Assembly (NCBI RefSeq): GCF_000195955.2
Contig: NC_000962.3
Location: forward strand, 4,290,001-4,322,000
Direction: 5' to 3'
DNA length: 32,000 bases
From: Mycobacterium tuberculosis H37Rv
Lineage (GTDB): Bacteria; Actinomycetota; Actinomycetes; Mycobacteriales; Mycobacteriaceae
Numbering within the stretch: position 1 is the stretch's first letter; each line of letters begins with the position of its first letter. Of this stretch, positions 1 to 12,789 are shown in pieces. A program made the position numbers and the translations under genes. The notes beneath the pieces were generated by a model. That model searched no databases. It was given only the letters and a program-made list of their open reading frames with translations, and was not told the origin of the DNA.

Positions 1-1529
1 GCCTGCCAGGACGTCCGGGCCTGCTCCAGCGACCGTCCAGCGGGTCGGGTAATGCCCCTGACCATCGCGACACCCGGCACTTGGCTCACCCGCTGCACCA
101 TCTGCTCTAGGTCGGCGAGAGCCTTCGGCGTGCGCAGATCCGTCGAGGATTGGATGAACAGGTACTCGGGAATGATCAGGTTAGACGGGAAATGCTTGTC
201 CAACGCGGCATACCCGATCGAACTCTCGACGGAAGCCGGAAGCGTCTTGCGATCGTCGTAGTTGTACCGGGCCAGTCCTGCGCAGCCGGCCAGAATAACC
301 AGCACCAGCGCGCTGGCGAGCAGATGAGTCTTGGGCCGACGCACGATGTGCACCCCCGAACTCCGCCAAAAGCGCCGGGTGAGGTCACGGCGCGGCGCGA
401 TCCAACCGCGACGCCCGGTCAGCACCATCAGGGCGGGTAGCAGTGTGACAGCTGCGAAGAAGACCACGGCTACCGAGATTCCCAACATCGGACCAACCGT
501 TTTGAGAATTCCCAGTTGGGTAAACACCATCCCGAGAAAGGTGATTGCTACGGTAGCCGCGGAGGCGGCGATCACCTTACCGATGGATGTCAATGCCTTC
601 TTGACGGCTTGATCCGAATCCGCGCCCTGCCGTAAATAGTCGTGATATCGACTAATCAGAAATACCGCGTAATCCGTTCCCGCACCGACCATCATCCCGC
701 TCATAAAAATAATGCTCTGGTTAGCAATACCGAGGCCCGCCAAGCCGGCTATTGCAACGAGGCGCTGTGCAACCACCACGGACATGCCAATTGTTATCAA
801 TGGCAACACCATGGTGATCGGATTCCCGTAGATGATCAGCAAAATGACCAACAACAGGATCGTGATCGCAAACTCGATGCGACTGCGGTCCCGTTGCCCG
901 GTGAGGTTCAGATCGGCGACGGTGGCCGCGGGCCCGGTCAGGTTAGCCGTCAGTGTCGAGCCTGCGACCTGGTGTTCGACGATGTCAGCGACGCGGGCGT
1001 ACGCCTGCTTGGACTGGGTCGAACCCAGGTCGCCGGGAAGGCCGACCGGCAGGATCCAGGCCTGATTGTCTTTGCTGGTCATGAGCTCCCGCAGGGGCGG
1101 TGTGGTGACGAAGTCCTGGAGCATCACGACGTCTCGAGTATCGCGTCGCAGGGCGTCAACCAGCTCTTTGTAGCTGCGTTCATCGGCCGCGCCGAGCCCT
1201 TTGGCATCGCTGAGCACCACCACCGCAACGCTCTGCAACCCGGCTTCACGAAATGCCGCGGTCATCTGCCGGGTCGAGACCAACACCGGGGCGTCCGATG
1301 GCAGAATCGCCACTGGATGCCGCTGGGAGATCGCGTCCAGGGACGGCACCGTCGGCGCAAGCAGACCCGCAAGCGCGACCCAGAAGGCGATCACCACCCA
1401 CGGCCTTCGGACGATAAGGCGCCCTAGCCGCGGAAAGACACCCCCGTCACCGGTTGGCCTAAGCGGTTTCGATCGTAAGTTCGTCGAGGGTCTCGGTGTT
1501 CTGACAGGCTGCATCAAGACGTCGCACAT
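1..1529 (-). CDS. mmpL8: MmpL8, RND-family sulfolipid precursor transporter (N-terminal part; gene runs off the left edge)
   Basis: Open minus frame from ATG at 1529 to the window edge. Translation begins [25 protein letters not shown] and contains MmpL-type segments such as [43 protein letters not shown]. It lies next to papA1 and pks2. Confidence 0.95.
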   Translation of the reverse strand, partial: MCDVLMQPVRTPRPSTNLRSKPLRPTGDGGVFPRLGRLIVRRPWVVIAFWVALAGLLAPTVPSLDAISQRHPVAILPSDAPVLVSTRQMTAAFREAGLQSVAVVVLSDAKGLGAADERSYKELVDALRRDTRDVVMLQDFVTTPPLRELMTSKDNQAWILPVGLPGDLGSTQSKQAYARVADIVEHQVAGSTLTANLTGPAATVADLNLTGQRDRSRIEFAITILLLVILLIIYGNPITMVLPLITIGMSVVVAQRLVAIAGLAGLGIANQSIIFMSGMMVGAGTDYAVFLISRYHDYLRQGADSDQAVKKALTSIGKVIAASAATVAITFLGMVFTQLGILKTVGPMLGISVAVVFFAAVTLLPALMVLTGRRGWIAPRRDLTRRFWRSSGVHIVRRPKTHLLASALVLVILAGCAGLARYNYDDRKTLPASVESSIGYAALDKHFPSNLIIPEYLFIQSSTDLRTPKALADLEQMVQRVSQVPGVAMVRGITRPAGRSLEQARTSWQ

Positions 1530-1638
1530 TCCTCATCTGCTCCGCACGTGCCCGCCTTGAGCGCCAGCCGTGGTGGTCGCTGTGAGGCGAGTGAGACAGC
1601 AGGGGATCGGTCACCTGACGAATTTACGTGCGCAACCA

Positions 1639-3174
1639 CTAAGCTTCTCTATCTACCGTCACATTCGCAACCTTTAGATTGCAGATATCGATAAAATCAC
1701 CCGCGCGACAAGACCGCCATGTCATCCTTTCGATGTTATTTCGCCGGCCTGGGGAAAGCGCAACGACGTTGCCTACACGTTCCGCCGTCCCACCGTTGGC
1801 AATGCGCATACACACCGATCTAATTGCCCTCAGATATGCGGTAACGGATTCGCGAGCGACCGGATTATCTGGGAATAGCACGCTCGCCGCGGTCTCGTCG
1901 AAACGACCGACCATCGTACTTAGCGGATAGGTGACCCTCCCGTCGCTGTAGGTACCAACGTTGAGGCCCTCGAACAGTTTCGTCACCGCCGAGAGCGGTC
2001 CCACTTGTGCGTCGAAAAAGTTCACCAGGGAAAAAAGCGGTTGGGGCCTGCGCAGCGACGGCGACAATTCGACGACCCGTTCGAACGGCACTTTCGCCAG
2101 ATCCGCACCAGTATCGAAGGAGGTCTGCGCGATTCGTGCAATCTCGTTAAAGGACAATCCGGCGACTGGAACGGTCACCGGGATCTGCCCGGTGAACCAC
2201 CCCTGCGTCATAAGGTCGGCTGGTGTGCGGATATCTTTGGGAGTAATTCCAAAATAGGTATCGGCGCCGGTCAACTCGTGTATCGCGATGGCGATGCAAG
2301 CCAGCATGCCACCAATGAAACGAGCGTTCGCCGCCATGCAGGCGGATTCGAATCGCTGTGTTTGCTGCTCGTCCATTAGCATCATGCTGAGCAGGTCGCC
2401 GCCGCAGCGTACAGACGGATCTCCGAGGGGCAGCGGAAATTCCGGGAAAGTTCCGTTATTGATTTCGGCGAAGTCGATCCACGCGCGCACCTCCGGGGAA
2501 TCGACGGTCAACGCCGAGGTGTACTCGTGCTGCCTGACGCAGAAGTCCACATAGCTGCCAGCCTCCGATAACCCAATCGGTGGCTCACCCATTATCAGCG
2601 CGGTGTACATCGACTGGAACTCCATGAGTCCGACTCCTACGAACTGACCGTCCGCATGCAGATGATCGATGCTGGCATAGAACGTGAAGGAGTCTGCTCG
2701 CTGAATGACTCCGAAGCTGAAGCAGTCCCAATGAAGCGAATCCGGTGTCGCCACGATGTGCTGTCGCAGGTCCGCGCTCGTCATCTCGCCATGTGTGGTC
2801 GGAACAAATTCGATATCCGCCGGATCGGCGATGCTGTGCCGAACGATGTGGTCGGTATCTCGAAGCTCGAACCAGCTGCGGTATGTATCGTGCCGACGAA
2901 GGTGCGCATTGATGACATAGGTCATGGCGCGCAGATCGCAGTGACCAAACACCTCAACGGACGCAATGAGCAGCCGCGAGTGATCGAGCCCCCGGGCAGC
3001 CTGCTCAGAAAAGCTCCGAATTTGTCTGGCTTGTACATAACTGGGAGGCACAGCACTCACCGGCGCTGCAAGGGCTTTCGCGCACGAGGCAGGTGTTGGG
3101 TGCCACGAAACTAACACGCCGGGCGCTGGGTCCCAGTCTTTGACCGCTGACAACTCTACTGGTCCTATTCGCAC
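1639..3174 (-). CDS. papA1: PapA1, polyketide-associated acyltransferase (sulfolipid biosynthesis)
   Basis: 511-aa ORF with condensation-type HxxxDG motif ([10 protein letters not shown]) and downstream motifs typical of Pap proteins; located between mmpL8 and pks2. Confidence 0.95.
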
Positions 3175-3224
3175 TAATAGCTCCTATTTCAGCGCGTGCG
3201 GAATACGTATGCGGCGAAACGTTC

Positions 3225-6200
3225 TTACTGTGACGACAGCGCGGCAGCAGGAGCGTCGTCGGGCGCCAGCTGTTCATACAAGTGATCCGCTAAGCCCCGC
3301 ACCGTGGCGCTGACGTTCTTGGGTGCCAACCGGATTCCGGTCTCGGTCTCGATCCGAGTGCGCAGCTCTAGTGCGCCCAACGAATCAAGTCCATACTCGG
3401 GTAGCGGGCGGTCAGGGTCGACGGTGCGCCGCAGAATCAGGCTGACCTGCTCGGCGACCAGCTGCCGAAGCCGCGCCGGCCACTCGTCGCGTGGCAGCTC
3501 GTTCAGCTCGACGCGGAATTTGCTTGTGCCCGAACCGTTGCTGCTGGAGAACACTTCGAAAAACCGGCTGCGCTCTGCGAAGGCGACCAGCCACGGGGCT
3601 CCGATGACCGGGGCATAGCCGGTATAGACGCGGTTGTGGCGCAATAGCGCCTCGAACGCGTAAGCACCTTCGTCGGGAGTGATCGCCGTGTAGTTGCTTT
3701 CCTCCAATGCCGAAGCCCGCGCGGGCGATGCCGACCACCACCCCAACTGGCCGATATCCGACCAGGCTCCCCACGCGATCGCGGTAGCCGGCAGGCCCTG
3801 AGCTTGCCGCCAATGCGCGAAGGCGTCCAGCCAGCTGTTGGCCGCTGAGTAGGCACTCTGTCCCGGCGAGCCGGTGAGAGCTGCCGCCGACGAAAACAAG
3901 CAGAACCAGTCAAGCGGCTGTCCGCTGGTTGCTTCATGCAACTCCCAGGCACCGTGAACCTTTGGCGCCCAGTCGCGCGCCAGCAACTCGTCGGTGATAT
4001 TGGCCAAGGTGGCGTCCTCGACCACCGCGGCCGCGTGTAGCACGCCTCGTACCGGAAGCCCGGTGGCCACAGCGGTCGCCACCAACCGCTCCGCGGTACC
4101 CGGTTGGGCGATGTCACCGCATTCCACCACGACTTCAGAGCCCATCGCCGCGATGGCCTCGATCGTTTCCCTCATCTTTTGCGTCGGCTGGGTGCGGGAA
4201 TTCAGCACGATCCGGCCGCAACCGGCCGCGGCCATCTTCTCGGCCAGGAACAGCCCTAGCCCACCGAGGCCGCCGGTGATGATGTAGGAGCCGTCGGGAC
4301 GGAACACCTGAGCTTGTTCCGGAGGCAGGGTAACGAGGCTTTTTCCGGTCTGTGGGATGTGGAGGACGAGTTTGCCGGTGTGCTCGGCGTTGCCCATCAC
4401 ACGGATGGCGGTGGCCGCCTCGACGAGGGGGTAATGGGTGCTCTGCGGCATCGGCAACTCGCCGGCTGCGGTCAAGCGATAGACCGTGCCGAGCAGGTCG
4501 CGCAGCTCTTCTGGGTGTGTCGCAGACAGCAACCCCAGGTCTACGGCGTAGAAGGACAGGTTGCGCCGGAAGGGAAAGAGCCCCAGCTTGGTGTCACCAT
4601 AGATGTCGCGCTTGCCAATCTCGACGAACCGTCCCCGGAAGGCGAGCAGTTTCAGCCCGGCAAGTTGCGCGGCGCCGGTCACCGAGTTGAGCACGACATC
4701 GACACCCCGGCCGTTAGTGTCCCGCCGAATCTGCTCGGCGAACTCGATGCTGCGCGAGTCATAGACATGCTCAATACCCATGTTGCGCAATAGCTCTCGA
4801 CGCTGTGGGGTACCGGCGGTGGCGAAGATCTCAGCGCCCGCCGCGCGGGCTATAGCGATCGCCGCTTGTCCGACCCCGCCGGTGCCGGAGTGAATTAGCA
4901 CCGTGTCACCCGCCCTAATCCGGGCGAGCTCATGCAGTCCGTACCAGGCGGTGGCGTGCGCGGTGGTCACCGCAGCGGCCTGTGCGTCACCCAGGCCCGG
5001 TGGCAGCGTCGCGGCCAGCCGAGCGTCACACGTGACGAATGTGCCCCAGCAGCCGTTAGGCGACATGCCACCAACATGGTCACCAACCTTGTGGTCAGTG
5101 ACGCCTGGTCCGACCGCGGTCACCACGCCGGCGAAATCCGTGCCCAGCTGGGGCAGGTGTCCCTCGAAGCTGGGGTAGCGACCGAAAGCGATGAGTACAT
5201 CGGCAAAGTTGACGCTGGACGCACGGACCGCAACCTCGATCTGTCCTGGTCCTGGTGGAACGCGGTGAAACGCGGCCAGCTCTATCGTTTGCATATCGCC
5301 GGGGGTACGGATCTGCAGGCGCATGCCGCTCTGCTGATGATCCGCGACGATGGTGCGCCGCTCCTGAGGACGCAACGGGGTCGGACACAAGCGCGCCACG
5401 TACCACTCGTTGTCTCGCCAGGCGGTCTCGTCTTCTTCCGACGTGGCCAGCAATTGGCGTGCCAGCTGCTCGACACCGGTCTGTTCGTCCACGTCGATCT
5501 GGGTGGCACGCAGGTGAGGGTGCTCGGCGCCGATCGTCCGCAGTAGACCACGCAGCCCGCCCTGCTCAAGATTGACGCAGTCGTCGGCCAGCACCCGCTG
5601 GGCACCCCGCGTCACGACGTACATGCGCGGCACCGCCCCGGGAAGGTCTGACAATTCGCGAGCGATACCCACCAGCCGGCGAACGTACTCAGCGCCGCGA
5701 TCCGCGCTCCCCTGATGCGGCGTACCGGTGTTCGACCCGGTGAGCACGACCACGCCGCTAAACTCGTCGCTACCAACTTGATCGCGTAGCTGGTCGGCGG
5801 CGGCCAACTGGTCGTCGTGCAGTGGCCACCGCATCGTCGTGCACGCCGCGCTGTGTTCCCTAAACGCGTCCGCTAGCCGGGTAGCGGTCACATCAGAGGC
5901 AGCGCAGTCACTGATCAGCAGCCATTTTCCAGCGCCAGAGGGGTCCATCTCGGGCAGCTCACGCTGGTGCCATTCGATGGTGAGTAAGCGCTCATTCAGC
6001 ACCCGATTGTGTTTGTCGCGCTCGGACACTCCCGTACCGATTCGCAGTCCGCACACGGCCAGCAACACCGTGCCGTGCGCGTCCAGCACGTCGATATCGG
6101 CCTCGACGCCGACCAACTCGACTTTGGTCACCCGCGTGTAGCAATAGCGAGCGGTACGCACCGGAGCATAGGCACGGACTCGGCGCACCCCCAACGGCAC

Positions 6201-9200
6201 CAATAGGCCGCTACCTACCGACTGGCTATCGGGATGCGCGCCGACCGACTGGAAACAGGCATCCAGGAGGGCCGGGTGGATTGCGTACAGGCCCTGCTGC
6301 GAACGAATCGAGCCGGGCAGCGCGACTTCGGCCAGCATTGTGGCGGTCGCATCCTCCGCGACATAGGCCACGGCCAGGCCGGTGAAGGCCGGACCATATT
6401 GCACACCGTGCTTGTCGAATTGCCGGCGCAGATCCTCACCGTCCACGCGGCAAGGGTGGGCTTCCAATAAGGAGGCCATGTCGTACGCCGGCGGCTCGCA
6501 TTCGCCGGATACCTGCTGCAGCACCGCCGACGCACGCCGCAAGTGATGCCCAACGCCTTCCTGCAAGGCCTCGACGGCGAAGTCGACGACACCGGGCGAG
6601 GTCACCGTTGCCACGGTGGACACCGGGGTCTGGTCATCCAGCAGCAGCATCGCCTCAAAGCGCATGTCGCGTACTTCGGACTGCTCGCCGAGGACGGCAC
6701 GGGCCGCAGACAACGCCATCTCGCAGTAGGCGGCCCCTGGAAGAGCAGCCACGTTGTGTATCCGGTGATCGCCCAACCAGGGCAAGGTTGCGGTACCAAC
6801 ATCGGCCTGCCAGGCGTGGCGTTCCGGCTCTTCGGGCAATCGCACGTGTGCGCCCAACAACGGGTGCACGGCTACCGTGGAGCCACCCGGCGACCGATTG
6901 TCAACGCCTTCGCGGTCATAGAACAGGAACCGGTGCGACCACGCCGGCAGCGGAGCATCGACCAAGCGGCCTTGGGGACAGAGCACCGAGAAGTCCACTG
7001 CCGCACCAGCGTTGTGCAGATCCGTCAGCAGGCGACGGAGCCCCAGCGGCAATGGCTGCTCCCGCCGCATACCGGCCAGCGCGGCAACCGGCATGCCTAC
7101 ACTGCCGGCAATCTGATCGACCGCGTGGGTCAGCAGCGGGTGCGGCGAAAGCTCGGCGAAGACTCGGTACCCGTCGTCGAGCGCCGAGCGCACCGCAGCG
7201 GAGAACCGCACGGTGTGGCGCAAATTGTCGGCCCAGTAACGCGCGTCGCACGCCGGCGCTTCGCGCGGGTCGAAAAGCGTCGCCGAATAGTAGGGAATCT
7301 CAGGAGCTTTCGGATTCAGGTCGGCCAGCGCAGCTATCAACTCGTCGAGGATCGGATCCACCTGCGGCGAATGCGAAGCCACGTCGACGGCCACCGCCCG
7401 CGCCAGCACGTCTCGCCGCTCCCATATGTCGACCAGCTTGCGCACCGACTCGGTGCCTCCGGCGATCACGGTGGACTGCGGCGCGGTCACCACGGCGACC
7501 ACCACATCGTCGATGCCTAGAGCGGTCAATTCCGACTGCACAGCTAAGGCAGGCAACTCCACCGACGCCATCGCCGCGGAACCGGCGATCGTCGCCATCA
7601 GTTTTGATCGTCGGCAGATGACGCGTACCCCATCTTCGGCTGACAGCACTCCTGCGACCACAGCCGCGGCCGACTCACCCATTGAGTGGCCGATCACGGC
7701 GCCCGGGCGCACTCCGTATGCCGCCATCGTGGCTGCCAACGCGACCTGCATCGCGAAGATGGTCGGCTGAACTCTGTCGATGCCAGTCACGGTCTCGGGC
7801 GCCGTCATCGCCTCGGTGACCGAGAACCCGGACTCCGCGGCGATCAATGGCTCTAGCTCCGCAACGGTCGCGGCGAACACCGATTCGTTCGTCAGCAGAT
7901 CGGCGCCCATCGCTGCCCACTGCGACCCTTGCCCGGAGAATAACCAGACCGGCCCGCGGTCATCCTGCCCCACCGCGGGCTGGTAAACGGTGTCACCGTC
8001 GGCGACCTCGCCCAAGCCGGCAATCAGCTCGTCGACGCTGCTCGCGATGACCGCCGTGCGCACCGACCGGTGCGTACGCCGCCGCGCCAGCGTGTACGCA
8101 AGATCCGAGAGCACCAGGGAGTCGGCGTGCTGCTGTATCCAGTCGGTCAACCGCTGAGCAGTCTGCCGCAGCGCGTCGGCCGAGGAAGCGGACAGCGTGA
8201 ACAAGGCAGGGGTGCCGGTCGGGGGGGTGCTCGCCGCGTGGGGCTGGGCTTCGGTTTGCGGAGCTTGCTCCACAACAGCGTGCACGTTCGTTCCCGAGAA
8301 CCCATAAGACGACACTGCCGCCCGCCGGGGCACCTGACGACCGTTGGTGGGCCACGGTGTGGTCACCTCGGGCACGAAGAGGTTGGTGGTGATGCCAGCA
8401 ATCTCATCGGGCAGCCGAGTGAAGTGCAGATTACGTGGAACCACACCATGTTTCAGAGCGAGAACCACCTTGATTAGCCCTAGCACCCCGGCGGTCGACT
8501 GGGTGTGTCCGAAGTTGGTCTTCACCGATGCGAGTGCGCACGGGCCGTCGACCCCATACACCTCGGAGACACTTGCATATTCAATGGGGTCACCGATCGG
8601 GGTGCCGGGGCCGTGCGCTTCGACCATGCCGACCGTCGCGGCGTCCACGCCACCGGCAGCCAACGCCGCTCGATAAGCCGCAACCTGTGCGGGCTGCGAA
8701 GGCGTCGCGATATTGACCGTGTGGCCATCCTGATTTGCGGACGTGCCACGAATTACCGCCAGGATCCGGTCACCGTCGGCCAATGCATCCGGCAACCGCT
8801 TGAGCACCACCACGGCACAACCCTCGCCTGACACGAACCCGTCAGCCGCGACATCGAACGCGCGACAACGTCCGGTCGGGGACAACATGCCCAAAGCGGA
8901 TCCAGCAGCGGCCTTGCGTGGCTCCAGCATCAAGGCGACACCCCCCGCCAAGGCAACGTCGCTTTCACCCTCGTGCAGGCTGCGACACGCCATGTGCACG
9001 GCCGTCAGGCCGGACGAGCATGCGGTATCAACGGTTATTGCCGGACCGTGCAGTCGCATCGCGTAGGCGACCCGGCCCGACGCCATGCTGAAGCTGTTGC
9101 CCAGATATCCGTACGGCTCCTCCAATTGTTTGGCGTCGGCCGCCACCATCGTGTAGTCACCATGGGTGACACCCGCGAACACGCCGGTCGCCGAGCCTGC

Positions 9201-9605
9201 CAGCGTTTGCTGAGTAAGACCGGCGTGCTCCATGGCCTCCCAGGACGTCTCCAGCAACAGACGTTGCTGCGGATCGATCGCAATCGCCTCCCGCTCGCCG
9301 ATGCCAAAGAACTCGCAATCGAAATCCGCGGGGTTATCCAGGAAACCGCCCCACTTGCACACCGTCCGACCGGGCACGCCCGGCTGCGGGTCGTAGAACT
9401 CGTCGCAATCCCACCGGTCCGGCGGCACCTCGGTGATCAGGTCGTCGCCTCGTAACAACGCCTTCCACAACAACTCGGGGGAATCGATCCCGCCGGGCAG
9501 CCGGCAAGCCATGCCGATAACAGCAACCGGAGTCACACGTGGTTCAGCCAACGTCCATGCACCCCTATCTGCACCAGTGCCTGACGCCGCCGACCCCAAG
9601 CCCAA
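3225..9605 (-). CDS. pks2: Pks2, multifunctional iterative polyketide synthase (KS-AT-DH-ER-KR-ACP), (hydroxy)phthioceranic acid synthase of sulfolipid-1
   Basis: 2126-aa [18 protein letters not shown]; [16 protein letters not shown]; [13 protein letters not shown]...[23 protein letters not shown]; [24 protein letters not shown]; [20 protein letters not shown]; [19 protein letters not shown]. Confidence 0.97.
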
Positions 9606-9811
9606 TGCCGGAGGCGATACGTAGCCTAACTAGCAATCCTTCGATGTAGCTGTGTCTTTGGTGGCTCTTTAGTTCTAAGCGGCTGTGCTACTGGGGCACT
9701 GGGCCCTACTTCGGTTTGTCGTGGCATGGGCAGCCCGCGGTCTGCCGCAGTCTGAAGTTCGCGGCCTGAGCGCGCGCTATCTTCCACGCCGGGCCGGTAG
9801 TCTGACGCTTC

Positions 9812-11566
9812 ATGGTTTCGCTTTCCATCCCCTCGATGTTGCGCCAGTGCGTCAACCTGCACCCGGACGGCACGGCATTCACTTACATCGATTACGAACG
9901 GGATTCGGAGGGCATAAGTGAAAGCCTGACGTGGTCGCAGGTGTATCGGCGAACCCTAAACGTTGCAGCAGAAGTCCGCCGCCATGCCGCAATTGGTGAC
10001 CGTGCAGTGATATTGGCCCCACAAGGACTCGATTATATTGTTGCTTTTCTGGGCGCTTTACAGGCCGGTCTTATTGCGGTTCCACTTTCGGCTCCGCTCG
10101 GCGGCGCCAGCGATGAACGTGTTGACGCGGTAGTGCGTGACGCGAAACCCAATGTCGTTCTGACAACATCCGCGATAATGGGCGATGTCGTCCCGCGCGT
10201 TACGCCACCGCCCGGTATTGCCAGCCCGCCAACGGTTGCGGTCGATCAACTAGATCTGGACTCGCCGATACGATCTAATATTGTGGACGATTCTCTCCAA
10301 ACAACCGCATATTTGCAGTATACGTCGGGATCGACCCGCACACCTGCCGGTGTAATGATTACCTACAAGAATATATTGGCAAATTTCCAGCAGATGATTT
10401 CCGCCTATTTCGCCGACACCGGAGCCGTACCGCCATTGGACCTTTTCATTATGTCGTGGCTACCGTTCTATCATGACATGGGTTTGGTTCTGGGAGTTTG
10501 TGCGCCGATTATCGTAGGATGCGGCGCTGTGCTCACAAGCCCGGTGGCGTTTCTGCAGCGACCAGCCCGGTGGCTGCAATTGATGGCACGCGAGGGCCAG
10601 GCGTTTTCGGCGGCACCGAACTTCGCCTTCGAACTGACGGCAGCAAAAGCAATAGATGACGACTTGGCCGGGCTCGACCTTGGACGGATCAAAACCATCC
10701 TCTGCGGCAGTGAAAGGGTGCATCCGGCGACCCTCAAGCGCTTTGTCGACCGGTTTAGCCGTTTCAATCTTCGAGAATTCGCAATTCGGCCCGCGTACGG
10801 ACTCGCGGAAGCCACGGTGTATGTGGCGACCAGCCAAGCCGGCCAACCCCCAGAAATCCGTTACTTCGAACCCCACGAACTTTCCGCTGGGCAGGCCAAG
10901 CCGTGCGCAACCGGGGCGGGCACAGCTCTGGTCAGTTACCCGCTGCCGCAATCACCCATTGTTCGGATCGTCGATCCCAACACCAATACCGAGTGCCCAC
11001 CCGGAACAATCGGTGAGATCTGGGTACACGGCGACAATGTCGCCGGCGGCTATTGGGAAAAGCCTGACGAGACTGAACGCACCTTCGGAGGAGCACTGGT
11101 CGCTCCCTCGGCCGGCACACCCGTAGGGCCTTGGCTACGAACTGGCGACTCGGGCTTCGTGTCTGAGGACAAGTTTTTCATCATCGGCAGAATAAAGGAT
11201 CTGTTGATTGTTTACGGCCGCAATCATTCTCCCGACGACATCGAGGCAACGATCCAGGAGATCACTCGGGGCCGCTGTGCGGCGATAGCGGTTCCGAGCA
11301 ATGGCGTGGAGAAGCTCGTTGCCATCGTCGAACTCAACAACCGCGGCAACTTGGACACAGAGAGGCTGAGCTTCGTCACGCGTGAAGTCACCTCGGCGAT
11401 ATCCACCTCGCATGGATTGAGCGTGTCGGATCTGGTTCTGGTGGCGCCCGGCTCGATTCCGATCACCACGAGCGGCAAGGTCAGACGTGCCGAGTGTGTG
11501 AAGCTGTATCGACACAACGAGTTCACCCGGTTGGACGCTAAGCCGTTGCAAGCGAGCGATCTTTAG
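9812..11566 (+). CDS. fadD23: FadD23, long-chain fatty acyl-AMP ligase
   Basis: 584-aa ORF with adenylate-forming motif [20 protein letters not shown] and [10 protein letters not shown]; divergent from pks2. Confidence 0.95.
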
Positions 11567-12789
11567 TGGTCACGCGACTTGCACCCCGTCTCGGGGTTGT
11601 TCGGCAGCCATGCGGCTGCCTCCCTTCCGCGCTTCACAGCCACCAGCCGGGCAAGGCCCGGTCTTACGGTCGGCTCCACGCTTAACGACGGGAACCAGCG
11701 GTCGGCGACCACCAGCGCCGACCCGTACCAGCCCGTCTTGTAGGACAAGTGCCGGCGCGGAGTGCCCAGGGCCGAGTCCGACAGTCCGCGCCGGCGGGCG
11801 CGGGCGCCGGGAAGCCCCTTTTGCCGCAGCATCCCCGCAGCGTCCAAACCTTCAACAACGATGTGGCCGTGGGTTTGAGCCAATCGTGTTGTCAGGACAT
11901 GCAGGTGATGAGTGCGGACATCGTTGACCCGGCGATGCAGCCGGGAAATCTCGGTGGTGCGCTCGCGGTAGCGCCGTGAGCCTTTCGTGCACCGCGACCG
12001 CGCACGGCTGGCGTACCGTAGCTCTTTGAGTGCCGTGTCGAGTGGCCGTGGATTGGGCACTTCTTCGAGCACTGCGCCCGCCTCGTTGGCGACCGTGGCC
12101 AGCCGGCGCACCCCGACGTCAACGCCAACCCGTGAACCGGGCTGTGCCACGTTGGGCTGCTGCGGGCGTTGCACGAGGACCCGCACACTGGCGTCGAGCC
12201 GGGTGCCGTTACGGCGCACCGAGATTGCCAGCACCCGCGCCCGGCCTGTGGCGATGAGCCGTTCAATCCGGCGTGTGTTCTCGTGCGTACGGACGGTCCC
12301 GACGACCGGAAGTGTGAGATGACGGCGATCAGGTTCGACGCGCATCGCTCCGGTCGTGAATGTCACGCGGTCCTGATCGCGGCCTTTCTTCTTGAACCGG
12401 GGGAAGCCCATTGTCTTGCCCTCACGTTTACCGGATCGGGAGTTCTGCCAGTTCCAGTACGCATCGACAGCGCCGCCAATGCCGTCGGCGTAAGCCTCTT
12501 TCGAGCACTCCGGCCACCACACCGCCCCGGTCTCGGCGTTGACACACACCTCGTCCTTGACGGTGTTCCACCGTTTACGAAGCACCCGCAGCGACGGCTT
12601 GACAGTCCCGATACCAGTAACGCGCCACGCCTCGATATCGGCTTTCAAAGTAGCGACCGCCCAGTTGTAGGCCTTGCGGCGAGCGCCGAAATGCCGCGCC
12701 AGCGCGCGGGCCTGGTCCTCGGTTGGGTCCAGCGTGAACCGGAACGCCTGCACACACCAGCCTTCTGGCACCTCGAATCTGGCCATCAA
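11563..12789 (-). CDS. TnpB-type protein of the IS607-like element, C-terminally truncated/shifted
   Basis: 408-aa ORF with TnpB landmarks: [12 protein letters not shown] (RuvC Asp), [13 protein letters not shown] (RuvC Glu), [14 protein letters not shown]. The Cys4 zinc finger and the final DRDxNAA Asp motif expected next are absent. Confidence 0.85.

Noticed and set aside
642-1427. 261-aa plus-strand ORF antisense to mmpL8
   Set aside because: Low-complexity, Arg/Gln/His-rich translation fully opposite a well-supported gene; typical high-GC antisense artefact.
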